Of a stretch of DNA of 64,000 bases, positions 38,433 through 46,038 are shown piece after piece; positions within the stretch are counted from its first letter, which is position 1, and the number at the start of each line of letters is the position of its first letter. Source of the stretch: a virus. Under the pieces are notes generated by a model. That model did no database searches. It saw nothing but the letters and a program-made list of their open reading frames with translations, and was not told the origin of the DNA. Both the position numbers and the translations under genes were made by a program. The stretch is taken from the IMG/VR virus record IMGVR_UViG_3300027131_000001. One strand, written 5' to 3'.

Positions 38433-39112
38433 CGCTTCATTGCTTGCAAGTTAATATTTGCAAAGAATTCTTGTTTAACGCTATCATTATGGAATAGACC
38501 GTGAACAACTGATGTCTGGGTCATTGATGAATGAGCCATCACACCTCTATTATCCATACATCCGTGAGTAGCTTCAATATAGACTCCAACGTTTTCTGTA
38601 TCAGTTGACTTCATAATCTCACGTGCAATCTGGTTAACCAGTTCTTCTTGTAACTGGCCACGACGACTGCACCATTGTGCAATACGAACATACTTGGAGA
38701 GTCCAATCACACGACCAGTAGGAATAATACCAATGTAGCAAATACCCTTAACAGGCTGGTGATGATGTGAACACATTGAGCGAAGCTCAGCACGTGCAAC
38801 AAGCATTCCCTCGAACCGGTTCTCACCTTCGTTAGGGAATGATGTTGTATCGGGTGCAGGCTCAAACCTTCCGGCCATCAGCTCATAGACATACATCTTA
38901 GCAAGACGCTTTGCGGTATCTTTAGAGTTAGGATCGTTGTCTGTGTCGATAAGAAGGGAGCTAAGGACGCCTTGAAACTTACCCGCTAGCTCATTTATTA
39001 GCTCACCTTTTGCTTCCTCAGGAACATACTTAGAAATATTATCACAAGCAAAGAACCGGTGGCCATCACTCTTCATCTTATCACGAATCACATCAGACAA
39101 ATATTTACTCAT
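38429..39112 (-). CDS. folE: GTP cyclohydrolase I
   Basis: SMCSHHHQP, IGLSKY, QLQEEL, HGCMDNRG. Confidence 0.95.
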   Translation of the reverse strand: MSKYLSDVIRDKMKSDGHRFFACDNISKYVPEEAKGELINELAGKFQGVLSSLLIDTDNDPNSKDTAKRLAKMYVYELMAGRFEPAPDTTSFPNEGENRFEGMLVARAELRSMCSHHHQPVKGICYIGIIPTGRVIGLSKYVRIAQWCSRRGQLQEELVNQIAREIMKSTDTENVGVYIEATHGCMDNRGVMAHSSMTQTSVVHGLFHNDSVKQEFFANINLQAMKR

Positions 39113-39129
39113 TACAATCCTTCTTTAAA

Positions 39130-39693
39130 TTAAACCGATGCCCACACTCTACTATGTTTAGGTATAAAGTTCAACAGAAACTTCATCTGGTCTGCTAATA
39201 TATTTCTGTTCTGCAAGACGAGTGCTTCGGCTCTATCAGGAACATACGGAATGTAACCAAGAAGCATATTAGCTTCTTCTGGTGTTCTATCGTCCTTTTT
39301 ACCGTTACATTTCTTGCAAGCTGTTACACAGTTCATCCATGAGGTTGGGCCACCTCTTGATTCTGGATGGATGTGATCTTTGGTCAACTCTGTGTCCCCA
39401 AATGTCTTAATGCAATAAGCACAGGTATGTAAGTCTCTTCTAAACAGGTTTCTGTTAGAGAAGACTGGGGTTCTTTTTTCGTATCTAAATTTTGATTTGA
39501 GAGCAATGATTGAAGAGACTTCAACCTGAGACTGTAGACCGGTCATACGAGAGATGCCACCTCTAATAGTGTACTCTTCTTCACCAAACTCCCATGCAAT
39601 TAATCCTTTGCATTTAAGCAAAACTGCATCTTGCCAGCTCATCCAATTGTTTGGATATCCGGTACTATCAAGTGTAAGGATTAAGTTTCTCAT
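39130..39693 (-). CDS. HNH endonuclease
   Basis: RDLHTCAYC...TKDHIHPESRGG...NCVTACKKCNGKK. Confidence 0.92.
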   Translation of the reverse strand: MRNLILTLDSTGYPNNWMSWQDAVLLKCKGLIAWEFGEEEYTIRGGISRMTGLQSQVEVSSIIALKSKFRYEKRTPVFSNRNLFRRDLHTCAYCIKTFGDTELTKDHIHPESRGGPTSWMNCVTACKKCNGKKDDRTPEEANMLLGYIPYVPDRAEALVLQNRNILADQMKFLLNFIPKHSRVWASV

Positions 39694-39707
39694 AATAGTC
39701 TACATAG

Positions 39708-39781
39708 TGGAGCGGGGTAGGAGAATCGAACTCCTCGCTTTAGCTTGGAAGGCTAAGGTATTGCCACTATACGAACCCCGC
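39708..39781 (-). tRNA. tRNA-Gly(TCC)
   Basis: Cloverleaf, loop CT-TCC-AA, encoded CCA. Confidence 0.95.
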
Positions 39782-39782
39782 A

Positions 39783-39890
39783 TTATTTCTTTTCTTCTTT
39801 TTTCTTCTTACCGAAGATCTTTTCATAGTTCTCGTTGTACTTATCTTTGTCTGTAGGCCTTTGTTTAGACCCCTTACCACCATCCGACAT
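39783..39890 (-). CDS. Small basic protein (35 aa)
   Basis: SD AGGAG; MSDGGKGSKQRPTDKDKYNENYEKIFGKKKKEEKK. Confidence 0.6.
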   Translation of the reverse strand: MSDGGKGSKQRPTDKDKYNENYEKIFGKKKKEEKK

Positions 39891-39905
39891 ACTCACTCCT
39901 AATAC

Positions 39906-39980
39906 TGGTCCGGCGTACAGGAATCGAACCCATATTCAAGGTGTAGAAGACCTTTGCATTATCCATTATACTAACGCCGG
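39906..39980 (-). tRNA. tRNA-Arg(TCT)
   Basis: Cloverleaf, loop CT-TCT-AC, CCA. Confidence 0.93.
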
Positions 39981-39997
39981 AAATAATTTACTGGTTT

Positions 39998-40204
39998 TTA
40001 ATTTAGTTTAGAGTCAAGAACAAACTCTTTTACATACTGTTCGTTTGTTTGATCTTTGACTAATTCAACATCGTTCAAATTGAATGTAATCAAGAATTCA
40101 CCATCCTCTGTATGTTCTACAGTGAAACATTTGATCTCATGGAAGTGTTGATATATCTCAACAAACTTTTTAATCTGATCACGGGTTAATTCCAACTTTG
40201 CCAT
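39998..40204 (-). CDS. Hypothetical protein
   Basis: SD AAGGAG directly after the tRNA-Leu CCA. Confidence 0.65.
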   Translation of the reverse strand: MAKLELTRDQIKKFVEIYQHFHEIKCFTVEHTEDGEFLITFNLNDVELVKDQTNEQYVKEFVLDSKLN

Positions 40205-40216
40205 TACAATACTCCT

Positions 40217-40293
40217 TGGTGTGGGTAGTGGGACTCGAACCCACAGAACCCAGATTTTAAGTCTGGTACGTTTACCGATTACATCATACCCAC
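40217..40293 (-). tRNA. tRNA-Leu(TAA), short variable arm
   Basis: Loop CT-TAA-AA, CCA. Confidence 0.92.
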
Positions 40294-40299
40294 AACATG

Positions 40300-40328
40300 A
40301 TTATATAGTGAACAATCATATCAGTCAA
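40300..40328 (-). promoter_or_regulatory. Sigma70-type promoter inside tRNA array
   Basis: TTGACT-17 nt-TATAAT. Confidence 0.75.
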
Positions 40329-40329
40329 C

Positions 40330-40404
40330 TGGTACCTGGACACGGTTTCGAACCGCGGACATCCCACTTGTAAGGAGGGCGCTCTACCCCTGAGCTATCC
40401 AGGC
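40330..40404 (-). tRNA. tRNA-Val(TAC)
   Basis: Loop CT-TAC-AA, CCA. Confidence 0.93.
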
Positions 40405-40410
40405 AAAATT

Positions 40411-40923
40411 CTATGCAAAAACTGTATCAATATTATCAATGGTGATACCTCGATGTGCAAGCCAGTACATTCTGAGTATATGTCTCGACCTCGAAGGTTC
40501 TCTAATTACAACTTTATGTATCTCGCGCGTACTGAGAACAACTAATTCTTTTGCTTTTGCTACAAAGCTATCTACCTGAACCAAATCTGACTCATCATAG
40601 AATGTCAGCTCAGGTAATCTAATACCGTCTTCATTTACTTTTTTATAAATGTAAGTTATATCATCATCACTAGCATCTAGATAATAATTCAATGCAACAG
40701 GCCAAAGATCATGATGGCAAGAGGTACCTGGGTATGATATTATTGTAAGATTAGCATTATCAGGCGGTATCTTAAATTTAAAACAATCTAGAAATTTTTG
40801 TTTAAGATATCTTTTGTCCAAGAAAGAATACTCTACAAACGGTCCACTTTTCCACTGCCCTTCACCACGGATCCGGTCAATATCCAAGTCTGGTATATCT
40901 ATATTAAGTTTTTTATACATCAT
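40411..40923 (-). CDS. Cupin/2OG-Fe(II) oxygenase-like protein
   Basis: HHD...LNYY...IHKV...RHILR; paralog of the next gene. Confidence 0.6.
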   Translation of the reverse strand: MMYKKLNIDIPDLDIDRIRGEGQWKSGPFVEYSFLDKRYLKQKFLDCFKFKIPPDNANLTIISYPGTSCHHDLWPVALNYYLDASDDDITYIYKKVNEDGIRLPELTFYDESDLVQVDSFVAKAKELVVLSTREIHKVVIREPSRSRHILRMYWLAHRGITIDNIDTVFA

Positions 40924-41474
40924 AAAAAATTATCATTGAAGTTATCAAATGTAACCCCTGACTCTATACTCCATGCCAATCTAATTTGTTTTCTAATTGT
41001 TTTAGGGTTGCTGATTGGTACAGCATGAACTCTATGTGTGTTAAGAAGATAAACATCACCAACATTAGGAACATATGATTCAGTATGAATTAAATCATCC
41101 GAACTGTATCCTGTAGGGTTATAATTAGATGCTCCTCTTGGATCAATATGCACAACATGCTTTTTTTGTTTTAATTTATATTCAAATATTCGAGTCTCGC
41201 CTACAACTCCAACTCCTAAGTCAATATAATAATTGAGTATAACAGGCCACGGATCACAATGAGCAAGTAATCCTGGATATCTCATTTCATGATAATGATA
41301 TTGTGTAGGAAGTATTTTAAACTTGAATTTATCTATAAACGCCTTTTTAAAATACTTATAATCTAAAATATTATATTGTGTAAATGTATCATCTTTCCAT
41401 TCTACAATGCTACCTTTTATTCTAGCAATATCCAATGTACCAATGTCGATATCTAGTTTTTTAAATGATGGCAT
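40920..41474 (-). CDS. Cupin/2OG-Fe(II) oxygenase-like protein
   Basis: HCD...LNYY...VHAV...RKQIR. Confidence 0.6.
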   Translation of the reverse strand: MPSFKKLDIDIGTLDIARIKGSIVEWKDDTFTQYNILDYKYFKKAFIDKFKFKILPTQYHYHEMRYPGLLAHCDPWPVILNYYIDLGVGVVGETRIFEYKLKQKKHVVHIDPRGASNYNPTGYSSDDLIHTESYVPNVGDVYLLNTHRVHAVPISNPKTIRKQIRLAWSIESGVTFDNFNDNFL

Positions 41475-41477
41475 TTA

Positions 41478-42305
41478 TTACCTATAATTAAATTTATCAT
41501 ACAGCGCTGTTGTAAGGATCTTTGGACCTTCACCTGTAGCGTCCATATGATCTGTATCAGCAAAGTGAATATCGTTAAACAATTCACTATTGAAGAAACT
41601 AACAGTGTCCTTGTAAAGATCTCTTGTTTTTCGAAAGAAAGTCATGTAAGGACCTTCAACAATATCAAACATTGCATTAACATAGTCAGATCTTGCTGGA
41701 GGAATGACAATTGTCAATGTTAGGTTTCTACTCTTAACTTTATTAACAAAGTCTAAGAATATCTGATCGTAATTTGTCATTTGGCCAAACTGATAATGAG
41801 CTAGTACTCTTCGCGTTACACTATATTCAGCTGGTAAAATAACTTGACCATTGTTTGGAGTAAACCCTCTATAATTATCAATATCAAACCTAGCATTATT
41901 TAGCTGATCTCTAAGTGCTTTTTGTCTAATTGAGTAATAATCTTCATGGACTTGATACTTAACATTAAGTTTAAATATTTCATTTAGATATAAACTAATC
42001 CAACCTTCATGCATGTCATATTGTATACACCAACCAGGAAAATAAATTGGGTAAAAGAATATAATGTTTTTTACATTAGGAAGAGAATCTATTACTTTAT
42101 CATACAATAAATCAACATGCTCCATATCTGCAGATCTAAAGCAAAGATTAAAAGAGTTTGAAAAATATCTTGGATCAAAACTTCCATCACCATGACTTGA
42201 TCCAATACACAACGTCTCAATATTAGAACTGTTTTCAATAAGCGATTCTCTTTTGGAAACTAATTGTTTACAATTGTCGTGAAAACGAAGAACTTCAAGA
42301 TCCAT
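41478..42305 (-). CDS. SGNH-like hydrolase/acyltransferase candidate
   Basis: CIGSSHG block and FADTDHM (DxxH). Confidence 0.55.
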   Translation of the reverse strand: MDLEVLRFHDNCKQLVSKRESLIENSSNIETLCIGSSHGDGSFDPRYFSNSFNLCFRSADMEHVDLLYDKVIDSLPNVKNIIFFYPIYFPGWCIQYDMHEGWISLYLNEIFKLNVKYQVHEDYYSIRQKALRDQLNNARFDIDNYRGFTPNNGQVILPAEYSVTRRVLAHYQFGQMTNYDQIFLDFVNKVKSRNLTLTIVIPPARSDYVNAMFDIVEGPYMTFFRKTRDLYKDTVSFFNSELFNDIHFADTDHMDATGEGPKILTTALYDKFNYR

Positions 42306-42332
42306 AATGAACTTTCATTTGTTTGTTTAATT

Positions 42333-42469
42333 TGGTGGAGGGCATTCTTGAGGTCTCCCCATGAAGCAGATCACTGCTCACCTGTTACATCCCTCTTAGT
42401 ACTGTTGCTTGCCCATAGGATTAGTGCACTACCTATGCGACTCATACTGGATAATGTAACTTACCCTCT
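42333..42469 (-). ncRNA. ~137 nt structured RNA with acceptor-like stem and encoded CCA
   Basis: GAGGGTA/TGCCCTC terminal stem plus CACCA; internal stems GTTACAT/ATGTAAC, CATAGG/CCTATG, GCAG/CTGC. Confidence 0.6.
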
Positions 42470-42474
42470 GCTCT

Positions 42475-42551
42475 TGGTGCCCCAGAGGAGACTCGAACTC
42501 CTAAAATTTGGTTTCTAAGACCAACACGTATACCAATTCCGTCACCGGGGC
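42475..42551 (-). tRNA. tRNA-Leu(TAG), short variable arm
   Basis: Loop CT-TAG-AA, CCA. Confidence 0.92.
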
Positions 42552-42560
42552 AATAATAAA

Positions 42561-42634
42561 TGGTCTCCGATGCAAGAATCGAACTTGCGCTCCTTGGTCC
42601 CAAACCAAGAGTGATACCATTTCACCAATCGGAG
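42561..42634 (-). tRNA. tRNA-Pro(TGG)
   Basis: Loop TT-TGG-GA, CCA. Confidence 0.93.
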
Positions 42635-42642
42635 AAAATACT

Positions 42643-42716
42643 TGGTGCCCCACCATAGAATCGAACTATGTTTTGATGCTTACAAGGCAACTGTAATACC
42701 AATATACTAGAAGGGC
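42643..42716 (-). tRNA. tRNA-Thr(TGT)
   Basis: Loop CT-TGT-AA, CCA. Confidence 0.88.
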
Positions 42717-42726
42717 AAAACTAAAC

Positions 42727-42801
42727 TGGCTCCCCAACGTGGGATCGAACCACGGACCAAATGATTAACAGTCATCTACTCTACCGCTGAGCTATTAGGG
42801 A
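42727..42801 (-). tRNA. tRNA-Asn(GTT)
   Basis: Loop CT-GTT-AA, CCA. Confidence 0.95.
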
Positions 42802-42803
42802 AT

Positions 42804-43670
42804 TTAAACTTCTATAAACTGGAGTTTGAAGTTATCAGCTTCTGGCTCGTAATTTATATATCCTCTCGGATTACACACAATACGCGTGCTACCGATCATA
42901 TAATCAAACTTATGATGAGTGTGGCCATGAGTCCACAATTTGATTTGTGGGTGGTCTAGAATAAATTCAGACAAGTCTGAACTGTATCCCCCATTCATAA
43001 TTACTTCATCCTCATACTGAGGTTTGGTTGACAATTTACTCGGAGAGTGATGGCCAACAACAACAAATTTCTGATCGAACTTACCTTCAATCATTATACG
43101 AATGTAGTCAAGCATTGCTCTATGATCTACAACAGCATCTTCTGGTGTAAACATGGCAGCTCTTGTTTTGAATTGAGGATTATTATTCTCATCAAAAATC
43201 TTGTAGTTGACTACATTCTTGCTGTTTTTCACACAACGAAAGTCATTCATCATTCCCTTCATCTGCATCAATGTAATCGCGTCTTCTTTATTCATATCAG
43301 TCCACAATGTACCACCAATAAATGATACACCGCCCAACTGAACCATCTGCTTATCTAATATATGAAGATTAGCCAGATAACCAAGCCGATCACGGAGAAC
43401 TGTAACAGTGTCATTGTAATCACCGTGATAATGTTCGTGGTTTCCCATAACATAAACGACTTGTGGAAATCGTAGACAGCATTCTTGAAAGAACTGATGT
43501 ATTGAGCTATTGCGGTCAAACCTGTCAAATATTCCATATACATCCCTATCCATTACATCTTTAGCAACACAGATGTCACCTGATAGAATCAAGACATCTG
43601 CACCCTCTGTATTCTCTAATGAAATAGGTCCAAACTCTAAATGGACATCACTAGCTAATGCAACTTTCAT
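42804..43670 (-). CDS. Calcineurin-like metallophosphoesterase
   Basis: SDVHLE, GDI, GNHE, GHH, HGHTH. Confidence 0.9.
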   Translation of the reverse strand: MKVALASDVHLEFGPISLENTEGADVLILSGDICVAKDVMDRDVYGIFDRFDRNSSIHQFFQECCLRFPQVVYVMGNHEHYHGDYNDTVTVLRDRLGYLANLHILDKQMVQLGGVSFIGGTLWTDMNKEDAITLMQMKGMMNDFRCVKNSKNVVNYKIFDENNNPQFKTRAAMFTPEDAVVDHRAMLDYIRIMIEGKFDQKFVVVGHHSPSKLSTKPQYEDEVIMNGGYSSDLSEFILDHPQIKLWTHGHTHHKFDYMIGSTRIVCNPRGYINYEPEADNFKLQFIEV

Positions 43671-43685
43671 TCGTTACTCCTTACT

Positions 43686-43829
43686 ATTTGTTTAGTGTTA
43701 TCTGTCTATTTGTCAACAATGTAGCTAGCACTGACAAGCGAATAACAGTTATATCAGACAGTGTCGGTCGCACCCTTACTGTCGAGTAGTCATAGCGTCC
43801 CATAACATACCTTGATAACACTAAACAAA
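43686..43829 (-). ncRNA. ~144 nt structured RNA closed by a perfect 17-bp stem
   Basis: ATTTGTTTAGTGTTATC (43686-43702) / GATAACACTAAACAAAT (43814-43830); internal stems GACAGT/ACTGTC and TTGTCA/TGACAA. Confidence 0.55.
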
Positions 43830-43904
43830 TGGTACTCCGAAGGGGAGTCGAACCCCTCTTTCCGCCTTGAAAGGGCAGCGTCCTAACCGATAGACGACCG
43901 GAGC
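43830..43904 (-). tRNA. tRNA-Glu(TTC)
   Basis: Loop CT-TTC-AA, CCA. Confidence 0.95.
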
Positions 43905-43925
43905 AAGTGATTGATTACTTTTCCC

Positions 43926-43954
43926 ATTATACGCGACCAATCAACGCGAGTCAA
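43926..43954 (-). promoter_or_regulatory. Sigma70-type promoter
   Basis: TTGACT-17 nt-TATAAT. Confidence 0.75.
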
Positions 43955-44183
43955 CTCTATTATGCTTTACTCCTATGTATGTACCAGCAAATGCGCCAAG
44001 TACAGCAGGAATAATCATATAATGATTCTCAGTGTAACTAATTACAGCAACCACATTGAGCAATACAACTATTGATGCCCAAAGACCAGCCTTCACTGCT
44101 TTATCATTACCTACTGCTTTCAAGTAGTAAGCAAAAACAATATCAACAAAGAACATTGCTGTAAATGTTATAACATAATCCAT
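43941..44183 (-). CDS. Small three-TM membrane protein
   Basis: MDYVITF start after SD AGGA; GAFAGTYIG. Confidence 0.7.
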   Translation of the reverse strand: MDYVITFTAMFFVDIVFAYYLKAVGNDKAVKAGLWASIVVLLNVVAVISYTENHYMIIPAVLGAFAGTYIGVKHNRVDSR

Positions 44184-44194
44184 ACTTATCCTAT

Positions 44195-44269
44195 TGGTGG
44201 ACCGTAAGGGACTCGAACCCTTTTCTCCTACGTGCAAGGCAGGAATAATACCCCGTATACTAACAGCCC
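44195..44269 (-). tRNA. tRNA-Ala(TGC)
   Basis: Loop CT-TGC-AC, G3:U70 pair, CCA. Confidence 0.95.
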
Positions 44270-44275
44270 TATCTT

Positions 44276-44350
44276 TGGTAGCCAATGGTGGTCTCGAACC
44301 ACCGACCCACGCCTTATCAAGACGTTGCTCTACCCCTGAGCTAATTGGCC
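44276..44350 (-). tRNA. tRNA-Ile(GAT)
   Basis: Loop TT-GAT-AA, CCA. Confidence 0.95.
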
Positions 44351-44718
44351 AATTCTTCTTTTGATGCATATTCCAAATCTACTGATTCAGAATAGTAACC
44401 GTTTGATTCTCCTAACCAACGAACATCAACATATCCTTTGCGTGTAGCAAATTTGTAGAATGTCCATGTACGAGAATCAATGTATTCATCTTCTTTAGCT
44501 TCTGGTATTTCACCTGATACTTCTTCAGCAATCAAAAGTGGTTCATCTTCTAAATCTGACAACTCGCCTACAATACTTTCAATGTAGACTGATTCGCAAC
44601 AATCTTGATAGTGATAAAATCTGAATGTTTCAGTAGCATTCGCAAACACCATCTCACTACCATCTTGTGTCACCGATGTGAACACTTTTCCAACCATATC
44701 ATTTATATTCATTTTCAT
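44341..44718 (-). CDS. Conserved phage hypothetical protein
   Basis: HYQDCCESVYIE...TWTFYKFATRKGYVDVRWLGESNGYYSESV. Confidence 0.75.
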   Translation of the reverse strand: MKMNINDMVGKVFTSVTQDGSEMVFANATETFRFYHYQDCCESVYIESIVGELSDLEDEPLLIAEEVSGEIPEAKEDEYIDSRTWTFYKFATRKGYVDVRWLGESNGYYSESVDLEYASKEELAN

Positions 44719-44732
44719 CTCCTAACAACATC

Positions 44733-44807
44733 TGGCGGTGCCAAGGGGTAACGATCCCCTTCTTCGAGCGTGACAGGCTCGTGTGCGTCCATGAACACTT
44801 TGGCACC
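44733..44807 (-). tRNA. tRNA-Asp(GTC), non-canonical T-loop
   Basis: Loop CT-GTC-AC, G73, CCA; T-loop ATCGTTA. Confidence 0.88.
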
Positions 44808-45118
44808 AAATTCGTGCTGATTTTATTGGCGCAGTTAAAATCAGCAAACATTCAGAGACTATTTGTGCTAGTTTAAAGTCTTGCACCGGATATTCCTCCA
44901 TTAAGACCTTTTTATTAGAATAGGCTACTTGTTTCCACACAAGCCCCTAATTGAGCAGTTACTCTGTCCATCCATTTTATTCTATATGTCTGTGTGCAGT
45001 TAGGATTCTGCCTATCAGAGTCTGCAAGGGTAGTTTCCATCCTCACGCTAACGGTCTTCTGCCACCGGATCTCTGTCGCTAATCAAACGCCATTATTAAC
45101 GAAAATGGTAACGGGATC
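44808..45118 (-). ncRNA. ~310 nt multi-stem non-coding region (candidate large ornate RNA)
   Basis: No credible ORF; stems CGTTA/TAGCG, CCATT/AATGG, GTGAGG/CCTTGC with GAAA loop, GGCT/AGCC, GCTGATTTTA/TAAAATCAGC. Confidence 0.5.
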
Positions 45119-45206
45119 TGGTGGATGATGATGGTAACGCTCCACGAACCTGACTTCCGATCTCTTGAGGTAACGGTTTTACAGACCGCCGACCGGGGCA
45201 TCATCC
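45119..45206 (-). tRNA. Atypical tRNA-Tyr(GTA)-like RNA lacking a D-arm
   Basis: 8-bp acceptor GGATGATG/CATCATCC plus ACCA; anticodon arm GGCGGT-CTGTAAA-ACCGTT; 4-bp T-stem. Confidence 0.6.
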
Positions 45207-45224
45207 TTCTTATCTCTTGTCCCC

Positions 45225-45253
45225 ATTATATACAAAGACCAACCAATTGTCAA
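45225..45253 (-). promoter_or_regulatory. Consensus sigma70 promoter
   Basis: TTGACA-17 nt-TATAAT. Confidence 0.85.
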
Positions 45254-45262
45254 CTAGCTATT

Positions 45263-45336
45263 TGGTGCTCAAGTACAGAATCGAACTGTCGACTAATCCT
45301 TACCATGGATTCGTTATACCACTTAACTACAAGAGC
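45263..45336 (-). tRNA. tRNA-Thr(GGT)
   Basis: Loop AT-GGT-AA, CCA. Confidence 0.88.
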
Positions 45337-45338
45337 TT

Positions 45339-45416
45339 TGGTGCCCCCACTCTGATTCGAACAGAGAGAACTACTCCTTTTGAGAGAGTCGACTTTACCA
45401 ATTTGTCCATGGGGGC
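45339..45416 (-). tRNA. tRNA-Leu(CAA), short variable arm
   Basis: Loop CT-CAA-AA, CCA. Confidence 0.92.
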
Positions 45417-45424
45417 ATATTGAA

Positions 45425-45640
45425 TTTGTAAGTAGTTGCCCCTCAATTATAGCAACCATTTATCCGATTAAACAAGTCCGGACGGCATGAGGTACGTCAC
45501 TTGGGCTCTGTCCAGTCAGTCACCATTACAGACCCCTGCAGTTTCCCGCAGGGTGGGAGTTGAACCCATTGACCTTTTACTACACAACGCCTTCGAAGAA
45601 CATTGACAGTAGCGTGATTTTACTTGCTGACACTTACAAA
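45425..45640 (-). ncRNA. ~216 nt structured RNA containing a T-arm mimic
   Basis: Terminal stem TTTGTAAGT/ACTTACAAA; TGGG-TTCAACT-CCCA; CCCTGCGG-GAAA-CTGCAGGG; GTTGCT/GGCAAC. Confidence 0.6.
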
Positions 45641-45643
45641 ACT

Positions 45644-45717
45644 TGGTCTGAGTGGCAGGAATCGAACCTGCACTACAAGGTTCCAAACCTCGGTGACTAC
45701 CACTATCATACACTCAG
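45644..45717 (-). tRNA. tRNA-Pro(TGG), second copy
   Basis: Loop TT-TGG-AA, CCA. Confidence 0.9.
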
Positions 45718-45725
45718 AAATACTT

Positions 45726-45801
45726 TGGTGCAACCTAGAGGAATCGAACCTCTTTCACTGGTTCTTCAGACCAGCGCTATGACCACATCAGCTAAGGTTG
45801 C
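45726..45801 (-). tRNA. tRNA-Phe(GAA)
   Basis: Loop CT-GAA-GA, CCA. Confidence 0.93.
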
Positions 45802-45803
45802 AT

Positions 45804-45878
45804 TGGGGAGAAGTACGGGAATCGAACCCGTGACAGCGGAATCACAACCCGCGGTTTTGCCACTAAACTAACGACTCC
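45804..45878 (-). tRNA. tRNA-His(GTG)
   Basis: Loop TT-GTG-AT, G-1:C73, CCA. Confidence 0.92.
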
Positions 45879-45883
45879 ATAAA

Positions 45884-45958
45884 TGGCCGGTCCTGATGGA
45901 ATCAAACCACCACTTCAACGTTCGTAGCGTTGTGTAATATTCATTTTACTAAGGACCG
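45884..45958 (-). tRNA. tRNA-Arg(ACG)
   Basis: Loop CT-ACG-AA, CCA. Confidence 0.88.
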
Positions 45959-45963
45959 ATATC

Positions 45964-46038
45964 TGGTGGTGATGGTAGGATTCGAGCCTACGATCTACTG
46001 CGTATGAGACAGCCGCTTTACCACTAAGCTACATCACC
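45964..46038 (-). tRNA. tRNA-Met/Ile2(CAT)
   Basis: Loop CT-CAT-AC, CCA. Confidence 0.9.

Noticed and set aside
39130-39693. HNH as part of a mobile intron
   Set aside because: Free-standing between tRNA-Gly and folE; neither neighbour is interrupted
42333-42469. tmRNA
   Set aside because: Far too short, no canonical T-loop and no tag ORF
43686-43830. Hammerhead ribozyme
   Set aside because: Has CTGATA but not the CUGANGA...GAAA core in the proper arrangement
44184-44369. N-terminal extension of ORF 43941-44369
   Set aside because: It runs through tRNA-Ile and tRNA-Ala; the real start is more likely the ATG at 44183 with SD
44722-45871. ORFs 44722-44940, 45125-45355, 45217-45423, 45250-45459, 45516-45713, 45560-45871
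   Set aside because: They overlap tRNAs and structured RNA, and have no protein-like features
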